Under the pieces are notes generated by a model. That model ran no database searches. It was given only the letters and a program-made list of their open reading frames with translations, and was not told where the DNA came from. Shown in pieces: positions 1-15,444 of a DNA stretch of 64,000 bases. The DNA comes from Acidimicrobiia bacterium (GTDB lineage: Bacteria; Actinomycetota; Acidimicrobiia; Spongiisociales; UBA11373). The translations under genes were made by a program, and so were the position numbers. The stretch spans positions 62,001 through 126,000 of the forward strand of contig JBBDMM010000016.1 of the NCBI GenBank assembly GCA_040878325.1, given 5' to 3'. Position 1 is the stretch's first letter, and every line of letters begins with the position of its first letter.

Positions 1-683
1 ACCCCACGGCTTCCGGGTCCCGCGACCTCGAGAGCAGAAGTCGGCGGCTCGTCTTCCCAGAGGTCGGCGTACGCCTCGTCATTGCACAGGAGTGCATCGT
101 GGTCGCGGCACGCTTCCAGCAGTTCCTCCAGGTCGGCGCGCGAGGTGACCGCGCCGGTGGGGTTGTGGGGACTGCATGACCACACCATCCGAATGCGGCC
201 CCAGGCGGCTGCAGGCACGTCGGCGGCGCGGAGCACGAAGTCACCCGCCAGCCGCACCGCGATCGCCTCGGCGCCGGCGAACCGCAGCCCGCGCTCGTGA
301 ATCGGGTACCCCGGCGTACAGAACACCCCGGCGTCGCCGGCGGCGCGATCGACGAAGGCGAACGGTGTGGTGAAGATCGCCTCCTTCGCCCCCGAGGTCG
401 GCACAACCTGGGTATCCGGATCGACTTCGATCCCAAAGCGTCTCCCCACCCAACCGGCGATCGATTCGCGCAGCGAACGCAAGCCGGAAACGGTCGGGTA
501 CTGGGACACCTCGGGAATAGCGGCGGCGGCGGCATCCCGGATGAACTCGGGGGTCGGCTCGCGGGGATCGCCGAGCGAGAAGTCGATGAGCCGCTCGCCG
601 GCATCTCGCATCCGCCGCGCCGTCTCCTGGATCTCGGCGATTGGATACGCGCCCAATTCGGCGAGCACCGGGTTGGTTCGCAT
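1..683 (-). CDS. PLP-dependent class I/II aminotransferase (DapC-like), runs off the window edge
   Basis: Manual minus-strand translation from ATG 683: MRTNPVLAELGAYP...IDFSLGDPREPTP...SGAKEAI...SPHNPTGAV...NDEAYAD, typical class I/II aminotransferase motifs. Not in the ORF track because it has no stop in the window. Confidence 0.85.
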   Translation of the reverse strand, partial: MRTNPVLAELGAYPIAEIQETARRMRDAGERLIDFSLGDPREPTPEFIRDAAAAAIPEVSQYPTVSGLRSLRESIAGWVGRRFGIEVDPDTQVVPTSGAKEAIFTTPFAFVDRAAGDAGVFCTPGYPIHERGLRFAGAEAIAVRLAGDFVLRAADVPAAAWGRIRMVWSCSPHNPTGAVTSRADLEELLEACRDHDALLCNDEAYADLWEDEPPTSALEVAGPGSRG

Positions 684-736
684 GGCACCCAACGGTAGTG
701 CCGGGATGCTCCACCACAGATTTACCATCGTTGCCC

Positions 737-1141
737 GTGAACCATCGCCGCTTTCGCATCACGATCCTGCTGCTCACTCTGGCGCTGGCCGGGGTCGTCG
801 GGCTGACCGTCGTCCTCGCCCCCGACGGCCAGGAGCCGGATCTACCCGGCGCACTCGAGGCGGTGTTCCCCTTGCCGGGGGACGCTGTGGTCCGCCAGAC
901 GGCGATCCAGATCGACCTGCCCATCGGTTACACGGTCGAGATCGAGGTCGATGGCATCTGGATCCCGCCCCATGAGATCGGTCTCACCGCGGCCACCGGC
1001 GAGTATCGATGGCAGCCCAGCACCGAGAGCGTCCTGCCGTTCTGGGAACCCGGCGATCACACGGTCACCATCCGATGGAACCGCGTCTCCGGCGGCCGGC
1101 CTGACCCAGGCGAGTTCACCTGGACCTTCCGGGTGTTCTGA
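737..1141 (+). CDS. Hypothetical membrane-anchored/secreted protein, beta-rich domain
   Basis: GTG 737 in frame of ORF 641..1141; hydrophobic N-terminal helix (ITILLLTLALAGVVGLTVVLA) followed by a beta-rich domain ending FTWTFRVF. Confidence 0.6.
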   Translation: MNHRRFRITILLLTLALAGVVGLTVVLAPDGQEPDLPGALEAVFPLPGDAVVRQTAIQIDLPIGYTVEIEVDGIWIPPHEIGLTAATGEYRWQPSTESVLPFWEPGDHTVTIRWNRVSGGRPDPGEFTWTFRVF

Positions 1142-1162
1142 GCCCGGATCAGGTATCCGTCA

Positions 1163-1834
1163 TCACCCACCGCCAGAGGACAGGCCCCGGACCGGCCGAC
1201 CGGCCTCGCGCGGCGTCTGGTAGAGCCACTCCTCAAGACGCGCTCGCGCCGTCGGCCACTCTTCGTCGATCATGGCGTACCAGGCGGTGTCGCGGTTACG
1301 CCCCTTGACGATCATGTGGTTGCGGAACACCCCTTCGAACGCGAAGCCGAGCCGCAGGGCCGCCTTCCTCGAGGGCTCGTTGAGCGCGTCGCACTTCCAC
1401 TCCACCCGGCGGCAACCCAGATGGTCGAACGATTCGCGCAACAACAGGTAGGCGACCTCGGTGTTGACGGTGGTGCGCTGCGCACTCGGGGAGTACCAGA
1501 TGTGGCCGATCTCGACCCGACGGTTGGCGCGATCGCGGTTCATCAACGCGGCCATGCCCACCGGGTCCCCCTCGACTTCGGCCGTCCACCACCGCGGGTC
1601 CTCCGATCCGACCGTCGAGGCGATCCACTCGCTCATCGCTCGCTCATGGGTCCACGGACCGTATGCCATATAGGTCCACACGGCTGCGTGGGTGCGATGA
1701 GTGGCGGGAAACAGCATGGCCGCATCGTCGGGGTCGGGAGGGCGCAAGGTGACGCCGCCGCCTTCGATCACCGGCGGGGGCTCGCCAACCGGTTCGGCCG
1801 CCCGGACCTCACCGCCGACCGGAGGGCCGCTCAA
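1163..1834 (-). CDS. GNAT N-acetyltransferase, RimJ/RimL type
   Basis: C-terminal part of ORF 1163..2680: RVEIGHIWYS...RRVEWKCDALNEPSRKAALRLGFAFEGVFRNH. TTG 1834 overlaps the upstream stop. Confidence 0.9.
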   Translation of the reverse strand: MSGPPVGGEVRAAEPVGEPPPVIEGGGVTLRPPDPDDAAMLFPATHRTHAAVWTYMAYGPWTHERAMSEWIASTVGSEDPRWWTAEVEGDPVGMAALMNRDRANRRVEIGHIWYSPSAQRTTVNTEVAYLLLRESFDHLGCRRVEWKCDALNEPSRKAALRLGFAFEGVFRNHMIVKGRNRDTAWYAMIDEEWPTARARLEEWLYQTPREAGRPVRGLSSGGG

Positions 1835-2706
1835 CGTTCGACCACCCCTACCAGCCGGCCGGAGTCGTCGACCACAGGCATCGGCCACACGGTCGCATTG
1901 ACGCGGTCGAGGAGGTCGACCGGGTCGTCCGGGGCGACGAACCGCGACTCTCGCGTCACGGACCCGACGGTGGCCCTCGGGTCGGCCGATTCGAGGTCGA
2001 CGCGGCTCACGACACCCACCAATACGCCATCGACCGCCACCGGAGCCGAATCGTGGGTCAGCAACCGGAGCGCGTCCGAGACGAGCATCCGGGAGCCGAA
2101 GGTGTCGGGCTCGATCATCTGGTGGAACACCCGTCGCGGCGCACTGCGAACCACGATTGCGCCGCCGGGCGCTCCCACGACCAACTTCCGCCCCGCCCCG
2201 AAGAACTGCCGCTGCAGCCAGGAGCCGCCGGCGGCCCCCACCACCAGGAGCGTTCCTTCCTCGAAAGTGCTCACGAGGGCTCGGGCGCTGTCGGCCCGGA
2301 CCACCTTCGACGGCAGGTCGGGCACGAGCACCGCGATCTCGGCCAGTACCGCATCCACCGAGTCGTCGTTCGCGGGGTCGGGCGAGGCCGACAGCAGTGA
2401 TCCCTCCACCCCCAGGACCTCGGAGAGTCGCGCGGCGACGAAGGCGGCGAGAGTCGAGTGGGGGCCTGCGCCGATCGCCGCCGTCACCGATCGCACGGAC
2501 CGACGGCGAACCTCGTGGGGCACCACCGTGCCGATCAGATCGAACGAACTGAGCTTGCGGGCCACGAGCAGGTCGGCCCGGGTGGCGATGCACGTCTGCT
2601 TGAGGTCGCCTTCCACCGAATGGGGCTCGCCTGCGGCGAGTAGCTCCGCGAGTTCGGCGCAGCCCGCCCCGCGGGTCCAAACCACCGACCAGAGTCCACC
2701 GTTCAT
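1831..2706 (-). CDS. Usp-like plus CBS-domain protein
   Basis: AIGAGPHS/LLVVGA Usp-like segment and C-terminal CBS-like motifs (PVAVDGVLVGVVSRVDL, PVVDDSGRLVGVV). Confidence 0.6.
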   Translation of the reverse strand: MNGGLWSVVWTRGAGCAELAELLAAGEPHSVEGDLKQTCIATRADLLVARKLSSFDLIGTVVPHEVRRRSVRSVTAAIGAGPHSTLAAFVAARLSEVLGVEGSLLSASPDPANDDSVDAVLAEIAVLVPDLPSKVVRADSARALVSTFEEGTLLVVGAAGGSWLQRQFFGAGRKLVVGAPGGAIVVRSAPRRVFHQMIEPDTFGSRMLVSDALRLLTHDSAPVAVDGVLVGVVSRVDLESADPRATVGSVTRESRFVAPDDPVDLLDRVNATVWPMPVVDDSGRLVGVVER

Positions 2707-2829
2707 CGCACTGCGGCCTGGGCCATCCGACGCACTTCTCTCCCCCTACGAGCGACCTGCCACCCGACGGTCACGGGGCCGAAACCCGGGCGCGACGGTA
2801 CACGATGCGTATCAAAAATCCCCGGGATC

Positions 2830-5908
<3,079 letters not shown>

Positions 5909-5912
<4 letters not shown>

Positions 5913-7045
5913 CGCAGGCCCTCGACGGCCGCGATCACCGCGTCCGCGGCGGCGTCACCGTCCTCCGGCCGGGTGGTCCAGCCGAAGGTGAACCGAACCG
6001 ACGCCCTCGCCTCTGACTCGCTCATGCCCATCGCGGCAAGCACGTGTGACACCTCGATTGCGCCGCTGTGACACGCCGATCCCGCCGCGGCCGCCACCCC
6101 CGCCGAGTCGAGGCGGATGAGCAGGGTCTCCGCGTCGACACCTTCGACTCGAAAGTGACTGTGCTGCACCAACCGGTCGACGCCCGCCGCAGTGATGACC
6201 GCCCCGGGAACCTCGGTAGTGAGTCGCCGCTCGAACCGACGCCGCGCCTCGTCGACATCCTGCGAGAAGCGGTCGCGATCCTTGGACGCCGCCTCGAGGG
6301 CGGCTGCCATCCCGACGATGCCGGCCACATCGTGAGTGCCCGATCGCCGACCGAGCTCATGGCCGCCGCCGTGAATTACGGGCTCGAGATCGATCCCCGG
6401 GCGAAGAACCAGGGCTCCCACCCCCTTGGGGCCACCAACTTTGTGCGACGACACCGTGAGCATGTCGGCCCCCAAACCCGCGAGATCCACGTCACGAGAC
6501 ACGAATGTCTGAACTGCATCGGTGTGAACCAGCACCCCCGGCGAAGCCTGCCGTGCCGCCGCGGCCACCTCGGCTACCGGCTGCACGACGCCGGTTTCGT
6601 TGTTGGCCGCCATCACCGAGACCACCCGGGTTGCGCCGTCGATCGCCTCGACGACATCTCCGGGCGACACCCGGCCTGCTCGGTCCACCGCGACGAAGGC
6701 GACCGGGCATCCGAGGCGGCCGAGAAAGCGGGCGGTCTCGATCACGGCCGCGTGTTCGATGGCCGTGGTGACGATGCCGCCCCGTGCACCGCCGGCGAGG
6801 GCAGGCCCGGCCAGGCCGAGGTTGTCCGACTCGGTTCCCCCGCCCGTGAACACCACATCGAGCGGATGAGCCGCGCCGAGCAGCCCGGCAATCCGCTCGC
6901 GAGCGTCCTCGAGCAGGTCCTTGGCTCGCCGGCTCACCGAGTGGATGCCCGACGGATTGCCGAACTCGCGGTCGAGCAGCGGCGCCATGGCCTCGCGGGC
7001 CTCAGGACGCACCGGAGTGGTGGCGGCATGGTCGAGATAGAGCAT
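5909..7045 (-). CDS. iscS: Cysteine desulfurase (IscS/NifS family)
   Basis: YLDHAATT, HTDAVQ, SSHKVGGPKG (PLP Lys), GSAC catalytic Cys; directly upstream of mnmA. The ORF-track extension to 7243 is repeat-derived. Confidence 0.93.
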
Positions 7046-7065
7046 TTCCAGGGAGAGAGTAGGAG

Positions 7066-7270
7066 CCAGTCTCCAGTCTCCAGTCTCCAGCCTCCAGTCA
7101 GAAGGCTCCAGCTCCGGCTCCAGTCTCCAGTCGGAAGGCTCCGGCTCCGGCTCCAGCTCCGGCCAGAAGGTGGCCCTCCGCCTTCCGCCTTCCGCCATCG
7201 GCAAGAGAAGGAAGAGGGGCCTCCCGCCACCCGCCACCCGCAAGACCGGTCATTGCGTATCGCTTATCGC
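7066..7270. repeat. Compound short tandem repeat tract (CCAGTCT, GGCTCC, CCGCCTT, CCGCCAC units)
   Basis: CCAGTCT x3 plus variants at 7066-7100; hexamer RGCTCC runs; CCGCCTT-CCGCCTT-CCGCCAT at 7178-7198. Confidence 0.85.
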
Positions 7271-7343
7271 GGGCCGGGCGCAGCCCGGCCCTATTGCCGG
7301 AGGCCGGCGAAGCCGGCCGACCGTCGCGGGTAGGGGGGGGGGG

Positions 7344-7353
7344 NNNNNNNNNN
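7344..7353. other. Assembly gap (10 N) after a poly-G run
   Basis: Literal N run in the sequence. Confidence 1.
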
Positions 7354-7387
7354 GGCTCGCGAAGCGAGCCCCCCTACGCTTCCACCA

Positions 7388-8347
7388 ATGGTCACCAAGC
7401 GGGGACGGATGTGGTTGACCCGGGGGGCGACGATCGCCCTGGTGGTCATCGTGATCGGCTTGTTCGCCGCCAGCTGGTACTACTCGGGCGAGATCGCCCG
7501 TCAGGTTTTCGCCCTCGACCAGTCCGAGCCGGATGCCGGGATCGCCGATCGCATGGCGTTCTCGACACCGGAGGCGCGCGGAGTCGAGTACTCACCGGTG
7601 ATGATCGAAGGCCCGCTCGGGCCGCTGGCTGCATGGGCGACGGCCGGCGATTCTGGTACCTGGGTGGTGTTCGTCCACGGCAGAGGTACCGATCGGCGTG
7701 AGGCGTTGCGGGCGCTTCCGACCGCGACCGCCCTGGGATTGCCGACGCTCACCATCACTTATCGCAACGATGCCGCTGCGCCGCCCAGCAGCAGTGGCCG
7801 CCACGGCTACGGCCGCAACGAATGGTCCGACCTCCACGCCGCCGTGGAGTTTGCGCGCGACGAGGGAGCCAGGCGAGTCGTGCTCGTGGGGTACGGGTCA
7901 GGGGGCTCGATCATCTCGGTGTTCATGCGCGAGTCATCGCTGGCGACTGCGATCTCCGGTCTGGTGCTCGACGCTCCGGTGCTCGATGTCGCGATGGTCG
8001 TCGACCGCCTCGCGGCGGACGACCGGGCACCGCGTCTCCTCGTCGGCTGGGCGCGCGCGGTCGCCACGTTCCGGTTCGGCATCGACTGGGGTGCCCTCGA
8101 CCAACTCGAGTTCGCTCAGGACATCACAGTCCCGGTGCTCGTGTTCCATGGCGTGGACGATGAGGAAGCGCCCATCGAAGCGAGCCGGCAGTTCGCCGAG
8201 GTCCTGGGGGACCTGGCCCGCCTGGTCGAGGTGCCCGGCGCCGGCCACGGTGAGGCGTGGAATGTGGACCCAGAGGCTTATGAAGGCACGCTGAGTCGAT
8301 TCCTCGAGCAAGTGTCACAGGCGACCGGCGCCGACGACGCGCCATGA
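7388..8347 (+). CDS. Membrane-anchored alpha/beta hydrolase
   Basis: N-terminal TM helix, FVHG, GYGSGG at the nucleophile elbow, FHGVDD, GAGH. Confidence 0.85.
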   Translation: MVTKRGRMWLTRGATIALVVIVIGLFAASWYYSGEIARQVFALDQSEPDAGIADRMAFSTPEARGVEYSPVMIEGPLGPLAAWATAGDSGTWVVFVHGRGTDRREALRALPTATALGLPTLTITYRNDAAAPPSSSGRHGYGRNEWSDLHAAVEFARDEGARRVVLVGYGSGGSIISVFMRESSLATAISGLVLDAPVLDVAMVVDRLAADDRAPRLLVGWARAVATFRFGIDWGALDQLEFAQDITVPVLVFHGVDDEEAPIEASRQFAEVLGDLARLVEVPGAGHGEAWNVDPEAYEGTLSRFLEQVSQATGADDAP

Positions 8348-8781
8348 GACCGATCCGCGTGGCCGTGGAGGTACCCCTCCCGCCGGAGACGGTATGGGCG
8401 GAACTGGAGCGCCTCGAAGACCATCCTCGGTGGATGGCCGATGCAATCGCCGTCGAGTTCGAGGACGAGCGCCGTCGCGGCGTCGGAACCCGCATTCGGG
8501 TCGCCACCAGGATCGGACCGCTGCGCACCACCGATGTGATGGAGTTCACCGAGTGGGATAGCCCGGTGGCGATGGGCGTCACTCACCAGGGACTCTTCAA
8601 GGGGACCGGCCGGTTCAGCCTCGAACCCATCGACCGGGGCACCCGATTCACCTGGACCGAGACCGTCCGGTTTCCCTGGTTCCTCGGTGGGCCGATCGGA
8701 GCATGGGCCGCCCGACCCGTCCTGACACGGGTCTGGAGAGGCAATCTCCGCAGGCTGCAGTCCCGGCTCACCGACCCTTGA
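8344..8781 (+). CDS. SRPBCC (START-like) family protein
   Basis: PPETVWAEL...PRWM, GVGTR, C-terminal helix NLRRL; ATGA overlap with the upstream gene. Confidence 0.85.
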   Translation: MRPIRVAVEVPLPPETVWAELERLEDHPRWMADAIAVEFEDERRRGVGTRIRVATRIGPLRTTDVMEFTEWDSPVAMGVTHQGLFKGTGRFSLEPIDRGTRFTWTETVRFPWFLGGPIGAWAARPVLTRVWRGNLRRLQSRLTDP

Positions 8782-9538
8782 AAGTCGGAGGCCGCTTTTC
8801 GAGAAAGGCTGCCACCCCCTCCCGTGCATCCTCGGTCTCGAACGCCTTGCGGAAGCCGGCTGCCTCGATAGCGAGACCGTCGCCGAGGCGCATCGAGAAC
8901 CCGTCGTCGATCACGTCCTTCGCGATCGCCATCGCCACCGTGGCTCCTGCCGCCAACTCGTCGGCCAGCGCCCGCGCCGCGGCGTCGAGCTCCTCTTCCG
9001 GCACCACTCGATCGGCCAGTCCCCACGCCAGGGCGGTGGGGGCATCGATCATCCGCCCGGTCAACACCAGGTCTTTGGCCCGGCCGACCCCCACCAGGCG
9101 GGTGAGGCGCTGGGTGCCGCCGGCGCCGGGGATCACCCCGAGCTTGATCTCCGGCTGTCCAACCCTCGCGCCCTCGGACAGCACGCGAAGGTCGCACGCC
9201 ATCGCCAACTCGAGACCGCCACCCAGGGCGAACCCGCGGACTGCAGCGATCACTGGCTTGGGAAGCGCGGCGAGGGTGTTGAGGGCCTGCCCCAGTTCGA
9301 CACCGAGACTCGCTCCACTACCGCCTGAGTCCATCGCCGCCTTGAACTCGGCGATGTCGGCCCCTGCGGCGAAGTGGGGGGAACCGGTGACGACCACCGC
9401 CCGCACGGCCCCCGCGGATGATCGATCGATTGCCGCCTCCAGATCGGCGACCAATTGCCCTGACAGAGCATTCACCGGAGGACGGTCGAGGGTGATGACC
9501 GCGACTGCGCCGTCCGCCTGGTAGCGAACCAATGACAT
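8768..9538 (-). CDS. Enoyl-CoA hydratase/isomerase
   Basis: LDRPPVNAL, FAAGADI, ALGGGLELAMACD, PEIKLGVIPGAGGTQRL. Confidence 0.95.
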   Translation of the reverse strand: MSLVRYQADGAVAVITLDRPPVNALSGQLVADLEAAIDRSSAGAVRAVVVTGSPHFAAGADIAEFKAAMDSGGSGASLGVELGQALNTLAALPKPVIAAVRGFALGGGLELAMACDLRVLSEGARVGQPEIKLGVIPGAGGTQRLTRLVGVGRAKDLVLTGRMIDAPTALAWGLADRVVPEEELDAAARALADELAAGATVAMAIAKDVIDDGFSMRLGDGLAIEAAGFRKAFETEDAREGVAAFLEKRPPTFKGR

Positions 9539-9618
9539 CTGCTTCTCCCGATCGGGTGCGGTGATTGTGACCGCTGCAAGGTCGGATGTCAGATGTCCGC
9601 CCGGTCCCGAGCCGATGC

Positions 9619-10557
9619 TCAGGCGCCATCCGCCAGTCTCCGGGCGGCGGTCCAAGGATCGAGATCACCCGCCACCACAGCACTCGTCACCTCGCCCCCC
9701 TTCGCGGCGAGGTCGATAGCCCGGTCCCTGAGGAACTCCACTAGAGCCGTCTCGAGTTCGACGCGACGGCGGCGGCCCCGGTCGGCATCAAGGCCCTCCG
9801 ACCCGAGATGCTCGCGGTGGGCGGCGACGGCCGCCCACACCTGGTCGACACCCGCGCCGGTCGTGCCCACGGTCTGGATGATCGGTGGATCCCACCCCGT
9901 CGCCTCGCCGAGCGCCAGCATCGCCCGCAACTCGGAGGCCGCGTCCTGCGCCCCGGGCCGATCTGCCTTGTTCACGACGAACACGTCGCCGATCTCGAGG
10001 ATCCCTGCCTTGGCCGCCTGGATGCCGTCACCCCATCCCGAGGTGACCACCACGATCACGGTGTCCGCCGCGGCGGCGATCTCGACCTCGTCCTGGCCGA
10101 CGCCGACGGTCTCGACGACCACCCAGGGAAATTGCGCGACCTCCAATGCGAGCAGTGCTTTGGGGGCGGCAGCCGACAAGCCGCCGAGGTGCCCTCGAGT
10201 GGCCATCGATCGGATGTAGACCCCCTGATCGAGGATGTGGTCCTGCATCCGAACCCGATCGCCGAGGACAGCTCCACCCGAGAAAGGACTGGTGGGGTCG
10301 ACTGCCAATACGGCGATCTCGTCTCCTCCCGCCCGGGCCAGGCGGATCAGACCATCCGTGAGGGTGGATTTCCCCGACCCCGGGGCTCCGGTGATCCCGA
10401 TCCGATGCGACGGCATTGCCGCCGCGAACGCGATCGGGAGAATCGCGTCGTAGCCCGCCCGCCGATCCTCCAGAATCGAGATCAGGCGGGCCAGGGCCCG
10501 ACGATCCCCAGCCGCGACGGCGTCGACGAGCGCGGCCGGGGTCGGAAGAGCGGGCAC
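9619..10557 (-). CDS. meaB: Methylmalonyl-CoA mutase-associated GTPase MeaB/ArgK
   Basis: GITGAPGSGKST, AVDPTSPFSGGAVLGDRVRM, ETVGVGQ, NKAD. Confidence 0.95.
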   Translation of the reverse strand: MPALPTPAALVDAVAAGDRRALARLISILEDRRAGYDAILPIAFAAAMPSHRIGITGAPGSGKSTLTDGLIRLARAGGDEIAVLAVDPTSPFSGGAVLGDRVRMQDHILDQGVYIRSMATRGHLGGLSAAAPKALLALEVAQFPWVVVETVGVGQDEVEIAAAADTVIVVVTSGWGDGIQAAKAGILEIGDVFVVNKADRPGAQDAASELRAMLALGEATGWDPPIIQTVGTTGAGVDQVWAAVAAHREHLGSEGLDADRGRRRRVELETALVEFLRDRAIDLAAKGGEVTSAVVAGDLDPWTAARRLADGA

Positions 10558-10749
10558 GGGGGGAGAGTACCGCCCCGGCCCCGGCCCCAGCCTCAGCCCC
10601 GGCCAGACGGAGCGGCCATCCGCCTTCCGCCCTCCGCAGGAAGAAGCCAGGCCTTTCGTCGCGGACTGTGGGCTATGGACTGGGGGCTCTACGCATTACC
10701 CTCGCTCTCCGTGGGAATGTTCATTCCCGCTTTCCGTTGAAGTGAAGGC

Positions 10750-11016
10750 ATGACTGAAGACACCACCGCAGTTGTAGAAGAGACCTCGGGGAAGGTCGAT
10801 CTCGACGCGCTCCAAGAGACGCTCGAGTACATCCGTCCCGCCCTCCAGGCGGACGGCGGTGACCTGATCCTCCTCGGTGTGGACGGCGGCACCGTCAACC
10901 TTCAGATGGTCGGCGCCTGCGGCGGTTGCCCGATGTCCACGATGACCCTCACCGCCGGCATCGAGCGGATCCTCCGCGACCGAGTGCCGGGAGTGATGGA
11001 AGTCATCGCGATTTAG
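10750..11016 (+). CDS. NifU C-terminal/Nfu Fe-S carrier protein
   Basis: IRPALQADGGD and GACGGCP motifs. Confidence 0.93.
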   Translation: MTEDTTAVVEETSGKVDLDALQETLEYIRPALQADGGDLILLGVDGGTVNLQMVGACGGCPMSTMTLTAGIERILRDRVPGVMEVIAI

Positions 11017-11132
11017 CGTCGGGCTTCGCCCGCCGCTCACCCAGCCCCAGCCCGGCCCAGCAAGAGGGTTCGGCCGCGCTCTGGCTGGAGCCGTAGCCGT
11101 AGCCCGATCGATCTGGCTATCGGCTACGCCTC

Positions 11133-12389
11133 TCAGCCGACCTCTCTGACTATCTTCGCGCCAAGCGATCTGAGGTTCCCGGCGAAGTCGGAGTATCCAC
11201 GGTCGATGTGATGGGCGTCGGTGACCGTCGTGTAGCCCTCGGCGCGGAGACCGGCGAGCACCAGCGCGGCGCCTGCCCGAATGTCGCACGCGTCCACCGG
11301 GCATCCTGACAGCGCGGCGACCCCACGGGCGATCACGTGCTGACCTTCGAGTTGGATGTCCGCCCCCATCCGGTTGAGCTCACCGACGTAACGGAACCGC
11401 GCCGCGTAGATGTTCTCGGTGATCACCGAGGTGCCGCCGGCCAGCGACAGCAGCGCAACCATCTGCGGATGCATGTCGGTGTGGAAGCCGGGGTACGGCA
11501 GGGTGACGAAATCGACCGGTTTCGGTCGTTCAGGCCCGCGCAGGGTGACGAAGTCCTTGCCGAGTTCGTACTCACAACCCGCGGCGCCCAACTTGCGCAA
11601 CTCCATTCGCAGATGATCGGGCACACAAGCCGTCACGGTGACCTCCCCACCCGTGATCGCACCGGCGATCAAGTAGGTGCCGGCTTCGAGCCGGTCAGGC
11701 ACGGCACGGTGCTCGGCCGGGTCGAGCGAGCCGACGCCTTCGATCTCGATGGTCGAGGTGCCTGCCCCCCGGATGCGGGCACCCATCTTCGCCAGGAACT
11801 CGGCGAGGTCCTGGATCTCGGGCTCACGGGCGGCATTACCGATCGTCGTCGTACCCCGGGCCATCACCCCGGCCAGCAACACGTTCTCGGTGGCTCCGAC
11901 GCTCGGAAACTCGAGGTAGACCTCCGCGCCGTGAAGACCATCTGGTGCGGTCGCGTGCAGGACCCCATGCACCAGCTCGAAGGATGCACCCATGGCTTCG
12001 AGTCCATCGAGATGCATGTCGATGGGTCGCGAGCCGAAGTCGTCACCGCCAGGTAGGGCCACCCGGGCCTCTCCGCATCGGGCGAGAAGCGCGCCGAGCA
12101 CCAGAATCGATGCCCGCATCCGCCGCACCAGGTCGATCGGCGCCTCGGGGTTGAGCAGTTCGGGAACGTCGACGAAGACCGTCGAGCCCTCGAACCGGGT
12201 GGATGCCCCGATGTGCTGGACGACATCGCACATCAGCCGAACATCGAGGATGGCGGGGACGTTGTCGATGCGGTGGCTGCCCGGTGCCAGCAAGGTGGCG
12301 ACCAGGTGCTTGAGAACCGCGTTCTTGGCGCCGAGCACCTCCACGGAACCCTCGAGGCGAGCGCCCCCGGCAACGACGAGTTGATCCAC
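11133..12389 (-). CDS. murA: UDP-N-acetylglucosamine enolpyruvyl transferase
   Basis: GAKNA, MRASILVLG, LPGGDDFGSRP, SVGATEN, DIRAGAAL, HIDRGY. Confidence 0.97.
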   Translation of the reverse strand: MDQLVVAGGARLEGSVEVLGAKNAVLKHLVATLLAPGSHRIDNVPAILDVRLMCDVVQHIGASTRFEGSTVFVDVPELLNPEAPIDLVRRMRASILVLGALLARCGEARVALPGGDDFGSRPIDMHLDGLEAMGASFELVHGVLHATAPDGLHGAEVYLEFPSVGATENVLLAGVMARGTTTIGNAAREPEIQDLAEFLAKMGARIRGAGTSTIEIEGVGSLDPAEHRAVPDRLEAGTYLIAGAITGGEVTVTACVPDHLRMELRKLGAAGCEYELGKDFVTLRGPERPKPVDFVTLPYPGFHTDMHPQMVALLSLAGGTSVITENIYAARFRYVGELNRMGADIQLEGQHVIARGVAALSGCPVDACDIRAGAALVLAGLRAEGYTTVTDAHHIDRGYSDFAGNLRSLGAKIVREVG

Positions 12390-12454
12390 GGCGGCGATTC
12401 TACGGAGGGCGCGAAGTTGGGCGTCGGCGGACGCCCTGTCACTAGCCTGCCGCC

Positions 12455-12925
12455 ATGCGCATCGCCATCGCCGCCGACCACGCCGGGTACGAACTGAAGG
12501 AGCACCTGGCGCGACTGGTCGCCGACGCGGGCCACGCAGTCACCGATCTCGGCACCCATTCGCCCGACCCCGTCGACTACCCCGACTACGCCGCGGCCGT
12601 GGGTCGGGCCGTGGTGTCGGGTCGGGTAGACCGCGGCATCGTGGTGTGCGGATCGGGTGCGGGGGCAGCCATCGTGGCGAACAAGATCCCCGGCATTCGG
12701 GCCGCCGTCGCCCACGACACCTACACCGCTCACCAGAGCGTCGAGCACGACGACGTGAACGTGCTCGCCCTCGGCAGCCGCGTGGTCGGCGAGAGCCTCG
12801 CCGAGGAGCTGGTCAAAGCGTTCCTCGAATCGCGCTTCAGCGGCGCCGAACGCCATGTACGAAGGGTGGCGAAGATCACCGCCCTCGAAGATCAAGAGTC
12901 AAGAATCAAGAGCCAAGACTCTTGA
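12455..12925 (+). CDS. rpiB: Ribose-5-phosphate isomerase B (canonical copy)
   Basis: ADHAG, DYPD, CGSGAG with catalytic Cys, ANKIPGIRAA, RHVRRV. Confidence 0.93.
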   Translation: MRIAIAADHAGYELKEHLARLVADAGHAVTDLGTHSPDPVDYPDYAAAVGRAVVSGRVDRGIVVCGSGAGAAIVANKIPGIRAAVAHDTYTAHQSVEHDDVNVLALGSRVVGESLAEELVKAFLESRFSGAERHVRRVAKITALEDQESRIKSQDS

Positions 12926-12943
12926 CTCTTGACTCTTGGCTCC
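12892..12943. repeat. Inverted heptamer array (TCAAGAR)n / (CTCTTGR)n
   Basis: tcaagag tcaagaa tcaagag ccaaga followed by ctcttga ctcttga ctcttgg; overlaps the rpiB stop. Confidence 0.9.
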
Positions 12944-12960
12944 CTTGATACCCTCCCCCC

Positions 12961-15440
<2,480 letters not shown>

Positions 15441-15444
<4 letters not shown>

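Noticed and set aside
7046..7243. N-terminal extensions of iscS, and similarly of tsaC, prmC and the S9 peptidase, in the ORF track
   Set aside because: They are translations of heptamer arrays or neighbouring genes; family alignments begin at the downstream starts.
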